Source: Dicyema japonicum
Taxonomy: Eukaryota; Animalia; Dicyemida
Direction: 5' to 3'
DNA length: 64,000 nucleotides
NCBI GenBank assembly: GCA_011109175.1
Contig: RDEW01000025.1
Location: 155,990-219,989, forward strand
In this document: in pieces, positions 1 to 13,159 of the stretch
Numbering within the stretch: position 1 is the stretch's first letter
How the letters are laid out: each line of letters opens with the position of its first letter
Notes under the pieces: generated by a model
Databases searched by the model: none
Seen by the model: only the letters and a program-made list of their open reading frames with translations
Told to the model about the DNA's origin: nothing
Made by a program: the position numbers and the translations under genes

Positions 1-235
1 ATTCTTGGCCCATAAACGGACGATCTATTTTCACATCCAGAAATGCAGTTTTTATTCTAAGAGATTTATAAAGGGTAGCTCCAAAAAGGCACATATTATC
101 TATACCACTAGACCGATATGTGCTTGTGGAATCGAGGGAGGAGCATCGGGCCAAGATGAAGCCCCTGTTAGAGCGTGCTGGGATCACGTGATTAGTTAGT
201 TTGTGTAACCGTGGTTTCTGGTGTTATTATTATTA
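1..235 (+). mobile_element. 3' end fragment of a LINE (same family as 4765-6340)
   Basis: 'ccgatatgtgcttgtggaatcgagggaggagcatcg...agcgtgctgggatcacgtgattagtt' resembles 6245-6335 and 18505-18600. Confidence 0.45.
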
Positions 236-236
236 A

Positions 237-502
237 GACACTTTATTTTAAGTAAAAACAGTTATTATAACTAATCGATGAGAACCAAGGAATGCTCTTC
301 ACTCCTTTTTTCTTTTTGTTGTGTGTATGTCCTTTATAGACTATCCCGTTCCGACGTGATATTTTCCTTGATGACGGTGTCACTCGTCAAACCAAAACAT
401 CGTAGATGCGTGGTACCTTCAACTGAATATACATCAGCGAGATTCGAACCAGAAATCATCAGGCCTTTTGCCAGGCACTTATGACACTGCACCATCCCGG
501 CT
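237..502 (-). mobile_element. tRNA-derived SINE, copy A
   Basis: Reverse complement begins gccgggaTGGTGCAGTG (A box)...GGTTCGAATC (B box), followed by a ~200-bp body shared with five other loci. Confidence 0.75.
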
Positions 503-1500
503 GGGTAGCATCAAAAAGCAATAAAAATTTTCTTTTTTTGTTATTAACATATAATGGGGTTTCCGTACAAAAGTTTTCATCAATCATGAAGCAAAGTGTA
601 CATTCGCTTTAATGGAGTTGTCACCACTTTAACCTATCTACAATTTATCACATGGCAAATTAAGCGTGGTCCTTTTCAAAGAAGATTTTTCTAAGCTCCT
701 CCAATTTTAGACAGTCGGTTGATTCTCAACATGTTTTGCGAATATAAATCTTGATCATACGTCACTCACAGGTCCACGATCGTGGTGTAAAAATCTATAC
801 AAAAGCGATCAAAAATGATTAATTTAATATAAATATAAATTTGTTTTTTTATCAAAATTAATTTATATTATATAATAAACATAACAAGTGACCTAATTAT
901 AACCAGTGACGTGTTCATTAACATTTCTATGTTGTTAATATTTTTTTCATTGATCACAAAAATCGAAGTTGAACATAATATAATATTTTATGGAGATTAT
1001 TTTTTGACAAATATCAATGAGAAAGTATTTAATAATAAATATTATAGAAAACAATCGATTTATTCAGAATAACATCAAATCAAAACGGAAATAAATTGAA
1101 GTATAAAATCAAGAAATACAATTTAACTGTCGAATTGATCATTCAACATCTAAGAATTCTATGACATAACAATGAAAATTGAATTAAATTCCAGTAATTT
1201 AATATTTAACTATTAAAGGCAATAAAACCTATACAAATACAATAAACATCGCACATATCAAAAATGGAGAATATTACAGATGTGGAGATACTTCCATCAG
1301 TTTAGAGAATGACTATTCTGTCACAATATATTCTTTGATAATACAATATAGAACTGATCTTTATTATTCACATATAACTGGAAGAGGTTTGAATATAATT
1401 TAATAAAGCTCATGACTGTAATCCATCTAACGATCCAAATACTCCAATTTGGTATTTTATGAATGGAAATCAACTCATGGGTTTAATAAGTGGGAATATT
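325..1500. repeat. Inverted repeat arm paired with ~10365-11530
   Basis: SINE, promoter region and N-terminal LAMP-like domain match the reverse complement of 10365-11530. Confidence 0.85.
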
Positions 1501-2133
1501 GAAATCGATGAATACACTGATGAACATGTAAAATTTAAAATTTTTATTATAGTTTACACATATTTTTACTTTTAAGAATGTCAAACTCCAAAATTGATTT
1601 TGAAATTGATAGAATTAAGGTGCATCTAAATTTATCCTCGATCCAAATATTTTTTATATTAAAATTAAAACAAAATAAATATTATATTTCGGAAATTACT
1701 TTAATCTACAAAAACAAAAATATGGGGACATGGTATAATAATAATCCGAATTATGTCGACGTCGGAAATCATTATAATTGTAAAATGTTTAGTGTTATTT
1801 TTCATGAAATTCGTGTTAAATTTTTATCATTCAAAGCGCAATTTTTTCCGAAAGGATTTGAATTTCAATTTAATCGGAAATGGTTTGAATTTTGGTAAAT
1901 TTAGATTCTGGGTGTTTTGAAAATGAATTAGCTATAAGAAAGCATATGCTCACTCTTTCACAAAATTATAAAACAATTCTCGAAAATGATAGGTCTAATC
2001 ATTCAAAAAAATATAAAATTATTGGAATTACAGTCACTATTGTAGTACTTACGATTATTGGAGTACTTGGTTTCTTTATGTCAAACATCAAAAAAATATA
2101 ATAGAACTAATGGGATATATTCCCATTTATTAA
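929..2133 (+). pseudogene. LAMP-like type I membrane protein, copy 1 (frameshifts, several at homopolymers)
   Basis: Signal-like MLLIFFSLIT; two repeats with YxC...(L/V)Q(Y/F)...C spacing (YYRC..., HYNC...KAQFF...GC); TM helix IIGITVTIVVLTIIGVLGFF; 22-nt intron at 1387-1408; restoring one A in the run near 2090-2096 gives the tail ...GYIPIY*. Confidence 0.6.
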
Positions 2134-3299
2134 AATGGTTAATATTGATTTACTTGTTTTTTCGTTTGAAATAATATTTGTTTGATTTTTCTTAATATTC
2201 TGACATGGTTTAAAATATAAGTTAAATTTTTAACTTTATTGCTTTTAAAATGCTTTAATTTGAATATCATAGAATAGGATGGTCCTCTTAAATCACTTCC
2301 GATAGAATGACAACATAAATTCCTAATGGTGGCTAGTCTTCTAAATAACTCTCTATAGTTAATCCTTTACGATACATGAACTCTCAAAAATATGAATTGA
2401 TTATATTCCAAATTATAAGTGAAATATAGGATTCACTTTGGAATCACTAAGCTGAGACTATCTTTCCTTTTTATTCAGTGGCCTTCATTAAACTAGTTAA
2501 CACAAAGAAATATATATAATCTGAAAATTAATTTACTTTTTAGATTTATAAAAAAACAATTAAACAACCACTAAAACTTACTAATTTTACATTTTTTTAA
2601 ATAAATTAAATTTTAATACTCAAGATTATTTAAACTTAAGTTTATTGCACGAAACCAACTACACCTGTCGGATCTTTTGAAAAGTCCAGTCTTATCTGTG
2701 AGTTCTCGTTAGCCATCGGTTCTTTTCACTTGAAAGGACTGGGGGTAAATAAATGAATAATAAATAAATTATAGCTCAAATTCACCTCGAACCACCGTTT
2801 GTAAAATCCTTAAAAGGCTGATCCAATGAATCTTTTAAAATGATCTTTTCAATAACAAGCCCATTATCCCTTTAAAATGATCTTTCCAATAACAAACCCA
2901 TCCGATCACCGTTTTTGAAATTCCTTCAGGAATGAATTGATAAATAAGAAACGTGGAGATTGTGCGTAGCGAGTAAGGGGTGATGAAACGTAAAGATTGT
3001 CTCAATTAAATTGATAAATAGCGAGTAAGGGTAATGGAAAGTGGAGATTGTGCGTATAATGATAAATACAGACATTATAAAAAATTTGGGTTTTAAATTC
3101 CCTCTTCACAGCAAAGATTTTTTTAAGGATTCCAGAAAAATTACGCAATGAAAAAATTATGATATTAGTTATTGATGCAATTTCTAATTCTCAGGAATAT
3201 AGATAGAAGATCTTCCTCGTCTTTGGGATACTGAAAATCAGACCTCATTGTACAGTGTGTAACAGCAAAAATGTTGTTTTTCTAAAAGCAGCAATAAAA

Positions 3300-4080
3300 A
3301 CCATCTAATTAATAGTTAATATATTTCCTTGGCACGACAAACATCTAAAATTCTCTTTCTAAAACTTAATGATAATTTTTTGCATGTTTCCAAATCGAAT
3401 ACATTCCAAATGGTCCAAATTTCGACCTTTAGATCATTTAAATCTTGGGGCGCTCTTTCTGCTATTTTTGTTTTAATTATTTTCCAAAAGTTCTCAATTG
3501 GGTTAGAATCAGGAGATTGCGCAACCCAATGCAACAATTCAACATTTTTTCACTTAATCATTGTTTTGTAAGCTTCACAGTGTGTTTAGGATCGTTATCC
3601 AGCTGGAGCACAAATTCAGAAAGCTTTATTTTTCTGCAGAACAAAACAAATTCTTTGATAAAACATCTATATATTTGAATCTATCCATTATCCATCAATA
3701 AAAAACTAATTTACCGACACCATAATATGGGAAACAAGCCCAAACCATCAAACTGCCACCACCAAGTTCGACTGTAAATATTTTTGGGCTATAATCCCTT
3801 ATTGAGCTTTCCATTTGAGTAGAAAAGGTTGAATTTACATTCATCTGAAAATACAACACTATTTAGCTTCTTTATCGTAGATGCAAGGGGTGATAGACTC
3901 GACGATTGAAGTCACAACCTTCCATCGTTTACAGCGTTTTTTTTAATGAGACTATTGAATTAGTCTCCACTATCCTATAGATAACTTATCTCCGTCATTC
4001 TTTGAATATTTAAAGATATCCCCATTTTAGATACATAACCAGCGAATAATCTTACTTAGAGTCGTAAAGAAGCGAGAGCT
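3300..4080 (-). mobile_element. Tc1/mariner transposase remnant (Tc1-type DDE)
   Basis: VVFSDECKFNLF, GGGSLMVWACF, DNDPKHT and WVAQSPDSNPIENFW motifs across frameshifts. Confidence 0.9.
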
Positions 4081-4764
4081 TTCCTGATATAGGCTATATT
4101 TTGTGACTTCGACAGTTTATTCGCATTAAGGTCAAATTTGTTGGTTTATATGATTTTGAAGATAAATTATCGTTTCTTCTTTATTGATCTTCTTTATTTT
4201 GGTAGACTTTATTAAGTATGAAAAGAAATCGAGTTGTTGTCTTAGGAAAGCATGGATTTTACGGGTCATTAATTCAAAGAAAACCCTTATGGCCACAATC
4301 GTAGAAGTCTTCAAACGAAAATACAAAGAACTTGAGATTATGTGAGTAGAACATAAATTTATTTACTCCCAGTCCCTTCAAGTGAAGGAAACCGTTGGCT
4401 AACAAAAATTTAACTACCAATGACGGACGTTTCCAGAGATCCAATAGGTTGATCCCGTGTTGGGAAGACACAGATTGTGAAGCAGGGCACGAGACAGGAT
4501 GATCTGTCCCGTAGTCACCAAGGTTACATAAAGGAAAAGAGGCGGAATTGAGGAAAAGAAAATTTAGTTCGGGACAGTACAAACTATTTAAGCCTGAAAG
4601 TGTAAGTGGACATGAATCAAAAAGGAAACGAATTAAATTTTAATTAATTCTTTAAAATAAATACTTTAATTTTTAAATTATTTTTTTATAAAAGATAAAA
4701 TTTCTATGTGATCTTCTATTAGATGTTGGATATATCGCATGACTATTTTATTAATTTTTAGCGT

Positions 4765-6340
4765 GGCGTTATGAAGATTGATGTGGCTTTGATTCAAGAG
4801 ACTAAACTCCCATTAAAAAGTTCTACCCCGCTGTTTCCTGGATTCAAGTCAATGCTGACTAACCGGACGAAGAGGGGTGGTTGCCTACTCGTTTTATATT
4901 GGAAAGATTCTAAATGAGTGGATTTCAATGGTGAAGAATATCTTGGGAGACGACGATGTTACTCAAATCAACGCAATCTCACTCGAACAACAAATGGAAA
5001 AATTACCTTGGTGCCTCCACCTGGTTTTTCCCGAAGCAGCACTACACTATGCCCAATTTATTCACTTTGGTTTACGTAAAAGGGAACTACGTGTGAAATG
5101 TATTGAATGTTATTAAAACAACCTATTCTAACGGACCGGATAAAATCCAAGAGATCCTTCTAAAGAATCTTGGAATTATGGAATCGCTCCACTAACGGTG
5201 ATATTCAATTACCCTATTAACAAAAATTCTATTCTTATGGAAGCTTGCTCAACTACCCCCAATTTTGAAACCGGAAAAATGAACAAGAATCCGGCTTCTT
5301 ACAGGCCGGTCGCGTTATTGTGTTCATATCGAAAGACTGGTTCTAACAAAAAATCAAAGATTTTTTCTCGGACTTTTCATTTCAACACGTTTTAAAGAAG
5401 AGAGGTCTACTTCGATCCATTTATCAGCCTTGGCTAACTTTATACGATGTGGTTTTTCGCACAGGCCAAAACACATGAAGACTGTTCTTTGCTCCATTGA
5501 CGTACATAAAGCTTTCGACTCTGTGTTAAGGAAGATTCTTACTTGGAAAATTTTCCATAAAAGATCTCTGGAAAGCTTAAACTCTGGATAGCTACGTACT
5601 TAACGGTCGGAGGGTACGCATCTGTATTAGACAATCAAGATCTATTTCTTGGCTTCTTCCGAATGGTGTTCCCAAAGGATCCACAATTAGTATTCGACCA
5701 TTCATGATGGATCTTTCCACACCGGAAGTCGGAAATTATATTCTTCTAACTTATGTCTATAACGTTGTCATCACGTCACGTGATCGGAACATCCAGATTG
5801 CTACCTCGAGAATGCAACAAATCTGGACTGCCTTAACGAATGGTTACTGAGGAACATCCTGTCTACCAGCACTGAGAAGTCCATCACAACTCGCTTCACA
5901 TCAGACATGAGACTTGGAAGACGGACGGTCGATTTAAAAGCACACAATGGTGTCATCTTCTTTAGAAAATCTCAAAAAATCCTTAGGGTGTTTTTTGACA
6001 TTTTATTCTCCCCCATGTTGAAAATGTTATTAAAAATGTAAAAAGAAGACTAACCTATTGAGATTTCTCTCTGGCTTATGGAAAATCGGGATCCATTCAT
6101 TTATTGGAGATATGTTTTGAAGATCGAGGATAGTAGAAAAACAAAATTAAGGAACGAGAGTCCCAATAAAATCTAATGCCAATAAAATCCATGATACGCA
6201 TCAACCGGGAACGTGCTTTCATGGCTACGAATAACCAGTCATTTGGCCGATACTTGCTTGTGTGGGGTCGAGGGAGGATCATCGAACCATGCTGAGATTT
6301 CTACTATAGCGTGCTGGATTATGTGATTAGTTTGTTTGGT
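4765..6340 (+). mobile_element. Degenerate non-LTR retrotransposon (APE + RT, Jockey/I-like)
   Basis: APE-like DVALIQETKLP...GG; RT motifs SYRPVALLCS, QHGFK, IDVHKAFDSV, GVPKGST; many stops. Confidence 0.8.
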
Positions 6341-6344
6341 GTAA

Positions 6345-7075
6345 GTCTCATCATAAGGCTCTGTCTCCACGCCTAGACCTTCCTTTTTTTTAAATTTTTT
6401 TAGAACGTTTCTCACAGTTTTGAGTGCTCCGTTTTTTATTTGTATCGCTGTATGTGTCCTGGATCCTTAATCTCCTCCTGAAACCATTGATCCGTCCTCC
6501 ACAAACATTCTAATCGGTTTTAACAGCATATCTTCGTCCTAACTTAGACAGTCTCTCAGTTTCATGTTTAAAGAAAGCTTAATTGCGGCTCTTCTTGTCT
6601 TTTCTAAAAGGAATAAGATCTTCTCCCTCTTCGGAAAGAAGAACCATCCACCCATAATGTAGACTAGGTAGAATAACTCCCTTAAAAATGAAGAGGTAGG
6701 TGTCAAGGCTAACATGTAACTTTCATGTATATAAGAGCGACTGAAAAGCTTTCTTTCTCCTCCCTTTTATGTCGTCTATGTAATCTCCTGCGTATCTATA
6801 GTCGAGTCGCAGGTAGCGAAGACTGCGTGCATTTTTTACTCCCAATGTGTACTCTTGTTTCAAGTGCTTGTTTAATTGTTGTGACATTGTGTCTATTGGG
6901 CCTACTACTCCCATTGAGCACGCAGTGGGAGTTTGCTCTCATGATCGCGAGCTCAATGTTCTGGAAGAGTCATCGCATAATTCTAGGCTCATCCTACGCA
7001 GTCTGCAAGCCGTCCGATTAACCTGATAAATTCTGACTTGCTCGGGCCAATAAGGTCGACTCTCCTGAAATCACT
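6345..7075 (-). mobile_element. LINE RT C-terminal fragment
   Basis: VKNARSLRYLRLD...YIDDIKGRRKKAFQSLLY...IFKGVILPSLHYG resembles the post-RT region of Jockey/CR1-type LINEs. Confidence 0.55.
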
Positions 7076-7409
7076 ATTCCTGTAGAAATTACAGTTTTAA
7101 TTTTGATAAATCATTAAGAACGAAATATCACGGATAAAAACTTTAAACCAAATGAAAAGTTGATTACTAAATTTTTTACAGTTAAGAAACTTAAAGTAAC
7201 CAAATCAACGGTCCTCGCAACATAATCGATGATAATTAATTGAATGTACGAACGTGACTGCATGAGTATTCCATCTCAAAACTGGAAGTGAAACTAAATT
7301 GAATCAGTAATAAATAAAATTAAGATATTGACGTTGCAAATAACACTAAGCAGAAGCTACTAATAGACAGTGGCCATTTCCGCAACGATTACGTTTTCAA
7401 GGAACAGAA

Positions 7410-8130
7410 AACGTAATAAAATAGAATGTGCTTGATCAGCATCGTCTGGCTTGTCTCTGCATCACGAACGAGAGTAGAGCTTGGCTTAGAACTTTACCAT
7501 GTACCTCACTTGGGACACTATTAGATGACGACGCGACGAGGATTGGAGTTTCCGTCCGCCTCGAAACGGATGTTTGTACCACACACCTGTGTAGGAAGAA
7601 TGGTGGACGCGAAAGGTCTTACGCTCTTTCTGCCGGAGGAGTGCTAGAGGAGTCCTAGACACGCCGCAATAAATGGAGTTATTGCTTGGGGACTTGAGGT
7701 TGCAGGATTTCTTGTCCAATTGGAGCCGCTTGGACTTGCTCAAGCCAATCGAAGACCGGACGGAACCACTCTTCCCACGGGAGAGTGGTAAATACCTTGC
7801 CTGGGAAGCCACTTGTGTCGATATCCTTTCTCCCTCCAACCTTTCAACTACAACAACTACCCAAGCTCTGCTTCGGAAAAGGCTGAGACCCTAAAGATAA
7901 AAAATTACGCATGTCTTTAAGAACAATTCATCTTTGAACTAGTGGCTGTCGAAACGACAGGAATCATTGGAAGCAGGTCACTGACCTTGCTGAACAGGAT
8001 TGGTTCGCTCATCGCGAAGAAAAACGATAGGAGAAAGGAGGTGGATCATTGAGCGCATTTACTTACAAATCGTCAGAGGAATGTCGTTTTCAATTATGAG
8101 AGCAGCCAGCAGTTGTTAACTGTTAGTTTT
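7410..8130 (+). mobile_element. CRE-clade retrotransposon 3' fragment (CCHC + RLE endonuclease)
   Basis: AWLRTLPCTSLGTLLDDDATRIGVSVRL...C; HALSC; RHAAINGVI; RRPDG; LAWEATCVD; VAVETTG. Confidence 0.85.
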
Positions 8131-8188
8131 TGCGTTTAAATAAAATTGTTTTTTTGAAAAAATATGTGAACTATTTAAATATAAAAAA

Positions 8189-8260
8189 TGCCGCAACCGG
8201 GAATCGAACCCGGATCATCGCGGCCACAACACGATATTCTAACCATTGAACCATTGCGGC
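8189..8260 (-). tRNA. trnH-GUG: tRNA-His (GUG)
   Basis: Cloverleaf: acceptor gccgcaa/ttgcggc, D stem gttc/gaat, anticodon stem tcgtg/cgcga with loop ttGTGgc, T stem ccggg/cccgg with ttcgatt, A73, followed by a T6 Pol III terminator. Confidence 0.95.
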
Positions 8261-8419
8261 CATCTCCATCTTAAGAAATATCTATATAATTAATCCATCA
8301 CGTACTTTTAATTTTGTTAAATAATCAACTCTTATTGCCTTTATCATATCAGATTGAAATATTTTTTTATAGTCTGAAATTCCCAGATCGAGAGATTTTA
8401 AAAGTTGCATAATGTCCTT

Positions 8420-9660
8420 TGCCTTTATATATATAAAACCACTCTATGTTGTGTTTGCAAAGACTACTATGCCGTCTATGAGATAAAAACTTTGTTGAAA
8501 ATAATAAGTTTGATAAATGACTTTTTGCTACCCGGAATTTATCCATTAAATACTGCGGATTTGTGTCAGAATCGTCAGAGCCGAAAGAGAGCTCTCTCTG
8601 GATTTGGCCTTCAGCCCCTTACTGTTCAACTTTTATACGGTTGATATTTCACTACCGATAAACAAAGTATGGAAATCTCCGTTTTTGTGGATAACATCCC
8701 AACCTCTTATGTCTCCAATTCAAGAAAATTTTAGTACAAAAGACTTAGGAATTACATCAAAGAAATAGGCAAATTCTGTGTCTCAAAGGTTTGACCATCT
8801 CAACTGAGACAATAAACGCTCTGATAAATGAGATGTTATGGTAGAAGTACTTGTTAGAAAAAAGAGGGCCTTCCAATCTATTCTATTTATAAGAAAGCTA
8901 AAAATGGAAAATAGCTTTTCATCTTAATGTTAGTGCGTGTCATTATCCTGTCGCTTGTTCACGTATGTGAGGGCTGGTACTACTCCCACAGAAAAACTAG
9001 GTAATATGGCAGTTAGAAAAGACAAGAAGAGCGGCTATAAAAAACAAAACTACTATTTTTAGTCGCGTAAAAGACTGGTATAATCTAAAGTTGGACTCCC
9101 GAAGTATAAAATCTCCTAAACACATCTTTTCTGCATCTCTTTGTTAATAAATTTGTTAAAGCTAAAGCAACTAGAGTTTTTAACTGTACCAATCGATGAT
9201 GTGGCGATCAATGACCTAGAAAGTGGAAAGATCATTTTAAAGGATAATTCATTGGATTTGTCCTTGAAAGTTTTTGGTTTCCGGAAAAGGAAATGACGTG
9301 CGAAATGTATTGAGTCATTAAAACAACCTATTCTAACAGACCGGATAAAATCCAGTGATCCTTCTAAAGAATCTTGGGATTATGGAATCGCTGCATTAAC
9401 GATGTTATTCAACCACCCTATTAGTAAAAATTCTATTCCAGTCTTATGGTAGGTTGCTCACCGTCGACCAATTTGATACCCGGAAAATTGAAGAAGGATC
9501 CCACTTCATACAAACCGGTCGCGTTATTGTGTTTGTTGTCGAAAATGCTGGTTCTAGCAAAAAGATTTTCTCTCGGTCTTTCAATTCAACATGGTTTTAA
9601 AAAAGAGAGGTCTACTTCGACCTATTAATCAGCCTTGACTTACTCCATGCGACATGGTTT
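8420..9660 (+). mobile_element. Nested LINE RT fragments
   Basis: LQPLLFNFYTVDIS-like RT motif near 8610-8650; 9280-9660 repeats the RT segment at 5080-5460 (SYKPVALLCLL, QHGFKK). Confidence 0.6.
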
Positions 9661-9774
9661 TTGCATAGTGTAGTGCTTTGGGCGCTAGAGTATTGAAAAA
9701 TAATTTATTTAAAAAATGTCAAACTAACAAAAATCAAACAATTATGACTTTAAACCGTTAAACGAGAAATTATA

Positions 9775-10932
9775 TTAAAGCATAGGAATACTTTCAATTT
9801 GATCTACCACATTTCTTTGGCGTTTGTTGTAAACAACCCAAATAACTCCAATAATCGTAAGGACTACCACAGTAAGCGTAATTCCTATGATTTTATAATT
9901 TTTTGAATTATTAGACATATTGTTTTTTGTAGAAATTTTTTTTTCAAAACACCCATAATCTAAATTCACCGTAATTCAAACCACTTCCGATGTAGCTGAA
10001 AATCGAATCATTCCTAAAAACTTGAATTTTTAATGATGAAAAATTAACGTGAAGATTATTATAATTAAAAATAAACATTTCACAGTGATAAAAATTTCCC
10101 ACATCGACATATGTCTGATCATGGGGATACCAGGACAATATCTTTGCCGTACACAAAACCAATTTTTGAGATAAAATAATTATTTTGTGTCAAATTAAAA
10201 ATAAAAAATATATCGATAATGTGACTTTTTATATTCAACTTAATTCCATCGTTTTCAAAATGAATGCTTGGGATTGTTTGTTCTATAGAAAAAGTATGAA
10301 ATAGTGGCTATAATAAAATTTTGTAATTTACCATTATGACATAGTTATTCTTGGCTACAATACGCCCACTTAATATAGCTTTGAGTTTATTTCCATCCAT
10401 AAAATACCAAATTGGAACATTTGGATCGTTAGATGGATTACAGTCATGAGCTTTATTAAATTATATTCAAACCTCTTCCAGTTATATGTGAATAAGGAAG
10501 CTCAGTTCTATATTGTATTATCAAAGAATATATTGTGACAGAATAGTCATTCTCCAAACTGATGGAAGTTTCTCCACATCTGTAATAATCTTCATTTTTG
10601 ACTTCTGTGATGTTTATTGTATTTGTGTAGGTTTTATTATCTTTGATGATTTAAAATTAAATTACTGGAGTTTAATTTAATTTTAATCGTTACGTTATAG
10701 AATTGCTTACAATGTTGAATGATCAATTCAATAGTTAAATTGTGTTCTTGATTTCATAATTCAATTTATTACTGCTTTATTGATATGTGATTCTGAATAC
10801 ATCACTTATTCTCTATTATTGTTAATTATAGAATACATTCTCATGGATATTTGTCAAAAAACAATCTCCATAAAATAACATTCGATGTTGAACTTGGATT
10901 TTTATGAGCAATGAAAAAAATAGTAACAACAT
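9775..10932 (-). pseudogene. LAMP-like type I membrane protein, copy 2
   Basis: MLLLFFSLLIKI signal; introns of 24 nt (10813-10836), 26 and 22 nt; DYYRCGETSISLENDYSVTIYSLIIQY; FYHC...LKIQVF; TM IIGITLTVVVLTIIGVIWVV; tail ...ESIPML*; one CAA>TAA nonsense codon in exon 2. Confidence 0.62.
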
Positions 10933-11348
10933 AGAAATGTTAATGAACACGTCACTGGTTATAATTAGGTCACTTGTTATGTTTATTATATAATATAAAT
11001 TAATTTTGATAAAAAAACAAATTTATATTAAATTAATCACCTTTGATCGCTTTTGTATAGATTTTTACACAACGATCGTGTGCCTTTGAGTGACGTATGA
11101 TCAAGGATTTATATTCGCAAAACATGTTGAGAATCGGGCGACTGTCAAAAATTGGAGGAGCTTAGAAAAATCTTCTTTAAAGAAGACCACGCCTAGTTTG
11201 CCATGTGGTAAATTGTAAATATGTTAAAGTGGTGACAACTCCATTAAAGCGAATGTACACTTAGCTTCATGATTGATGAAATCATTTGTACGGAAAACCC
11301 TATATATTAATGACAAAAAAAATTTTTATTGCTTTTTGATGCTACCCA

Positions 11349-11532
11349 GCCGGGATGGTGCAGTGTCATAAGTGCCTGGCAAAAGGCCTGATGATCCCTG
11401 GTTCGAACTCGCTGATGTAAATTCGGTTGAAAGTTCCACGCATCTACGATGTTTTGGCTTGACAAGTGACACGTCATCAAGGAAAATATAACTTCGGAAC
11501 GGGATAGTCTATAAAGGACTTACACACAACAA
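11349..11532 (+). mobile_element. tRNA-derived SINE, copy B (3'-truncated)
   Basis: Near-identical to copy A, including the upstream flank; part of the inverted duplication. Confidence 0.75.
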
Positions 11533-11534
11533 GG

Positions 11535-11800
11535 GCTGGAAAGCGAATCAGTCCCTAATACCGCTGTACTTTCTTCTTTCAAATCTCTAGCAGTGCTCGC
11601 GCGGTACCTGCGAATCATTATATTAATCTACTGTTCTTTGCCACCATAATAAAAGTTCTTAAAAAATACAGCGATTTACCGCCTAAATTTTAAATTGTCT
11701 TAACCGGAACAGCCTGGAATCTAAATTGTTGCAGAGTAATTTGTACTTCTGAGCATGTACGAAGTGACTCTCTAGGAAGACATTAGAAACAAAGAAAGTG
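11535..11800 (-). mobile_element. LINE RT remnant (longer copy at 23100-23560)
   Basis: 23140-23260 is similar to 6945-7070; degenerate. Confidence 0.4.
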
Positions 11801-13159
11801 TCAGGTTTACCTAGAATTAGGATACGAATCTCTTTCACTCCAAAATTGAAAAACAAACTTGAAAAGTCATCTGTCCGAAGTTGAGCGTATATAATGATTG
11901 TTAATTTAATTCTCGAATGTGTTCTTAATGATAATAAATAAACTGAGGTCTGAGATAGGGTTTTCTCGTCGAAATGAGAATCACGTCAATCAAAGTAATA
12001 CACACTGATCGATATGAACAAACTTTTTAGTTTTATTAAGACAAGTAGTTATTTAGAAAAAATTATAAGCGATTTATTATCTTAAAATGAAATTAGAAAA
12101 ATAAAAAATCCATTTCTCTCGAATCCGACACTGTTAAATTTCCAAAAATGGCGAATTCTGAGGTTTTATTGTAAATTATAAAATTTGTGTGAATCTGTTT
12201 GTAGTATTGATTATTAAAATATAAGATAATTTTTTCCACACGTCCAGTTCCAGTCGGAAGAGTTTGGAAAGTCAATAATTTTAAAATGAACTATAAATGA
12301 CATTTTATCATTAAATCGAAGCATGAAACAAGTTGATTATTTCTTTGTTCTATTATTAACATACGATACATACACAGCCGCAACAACGTGTAATATTTAA
12401 ATCCATTTGTTTAATAAATACAAAAGGTGAAAATTAATTAATCCCAAAATCGGTTATGTGGTGTACCCCATGTCTGAGTGGTACGCATCCTTTCTAAGCA
12501 TCGCGGCCATCTATATCCGCCTTACTGAGAATTAATTTAGAAATCAATTATTTGAAAATAACGTGAGCTGTTTGAGTGTGTTTGTGTGATGAGCATCGGG
12601 CCAAGATGAGTTTGATTTTACCACGATCTTTGGAAATCTTCATTTATTCAAAAATACTGAGTTTCAATTTTTGGCTACACCAAATTACCTTATCGGTCCC
12701 GTTGGAGCATTCGTCCTTGGCTTTTTCTTTCCTATTAGCCATCGGTTTTCCATACTCGTAAATGTCAATATTGCTTTAAAAAAATCAATTCAAAAAATGA
12801 CTAATTTGTTATAGTTACGATCTGTTACTAACAGCAATTAATGCCGGTTCAATATCGATCTTCAACTCCACCACATTCAAAATCGCTAAGCTCACTCTTG
12901 CGCACGTGTTTGTACCATACTTCATTCTAAGCTCTAAAAAATTGTTTATTAATCATCAGAATCTCGTAGTGGGAGATCTAAATTGGCAAGAAATTAGATT
13001 AGGTTAGAGATGGGGACAGCTGAAATTTGTCTTGAAGGGCCTGGACTCTTCACTAGGGTTTCCCCCAACCGGTTAATCTACGATAAGTTGAACATACGAC
13101 TATCTAACGACCGCAAACAACTATATAAATGAAAATCTGCGTTCATTTCAATTTCAGAT

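Noticed and set aside
440-470. CTGATGA...GAA in the SINE head as a hammerhead ribozyme core
   Set aside because: No stem II and no GAAA/stem III; the GAA belongs to the tRNA B box (GGTTCGAA)
2830-3060. Short irregular direct repeats as a CRISPR-like array
   Set aside because: Only two degenerate copies of each unit, no constant repeat-spacer period, eukaryotic context
8055-8260. CRE targeting tRNA genes (CRE 3' end abuts the tRNA-His terminator)
   Set aside because: The other CRE ends (32200, 58626) are not near tRNAs; a single case is not enough
10765-10780. TAA=Gln recoding (CAA/TAA aligned between LAMP copies)
   Set aside because: The ~750-codon PDE reads with the standard code and has no in-frame TAA/TAG/TGA in conserved exons; this is a simple nonsense mutation
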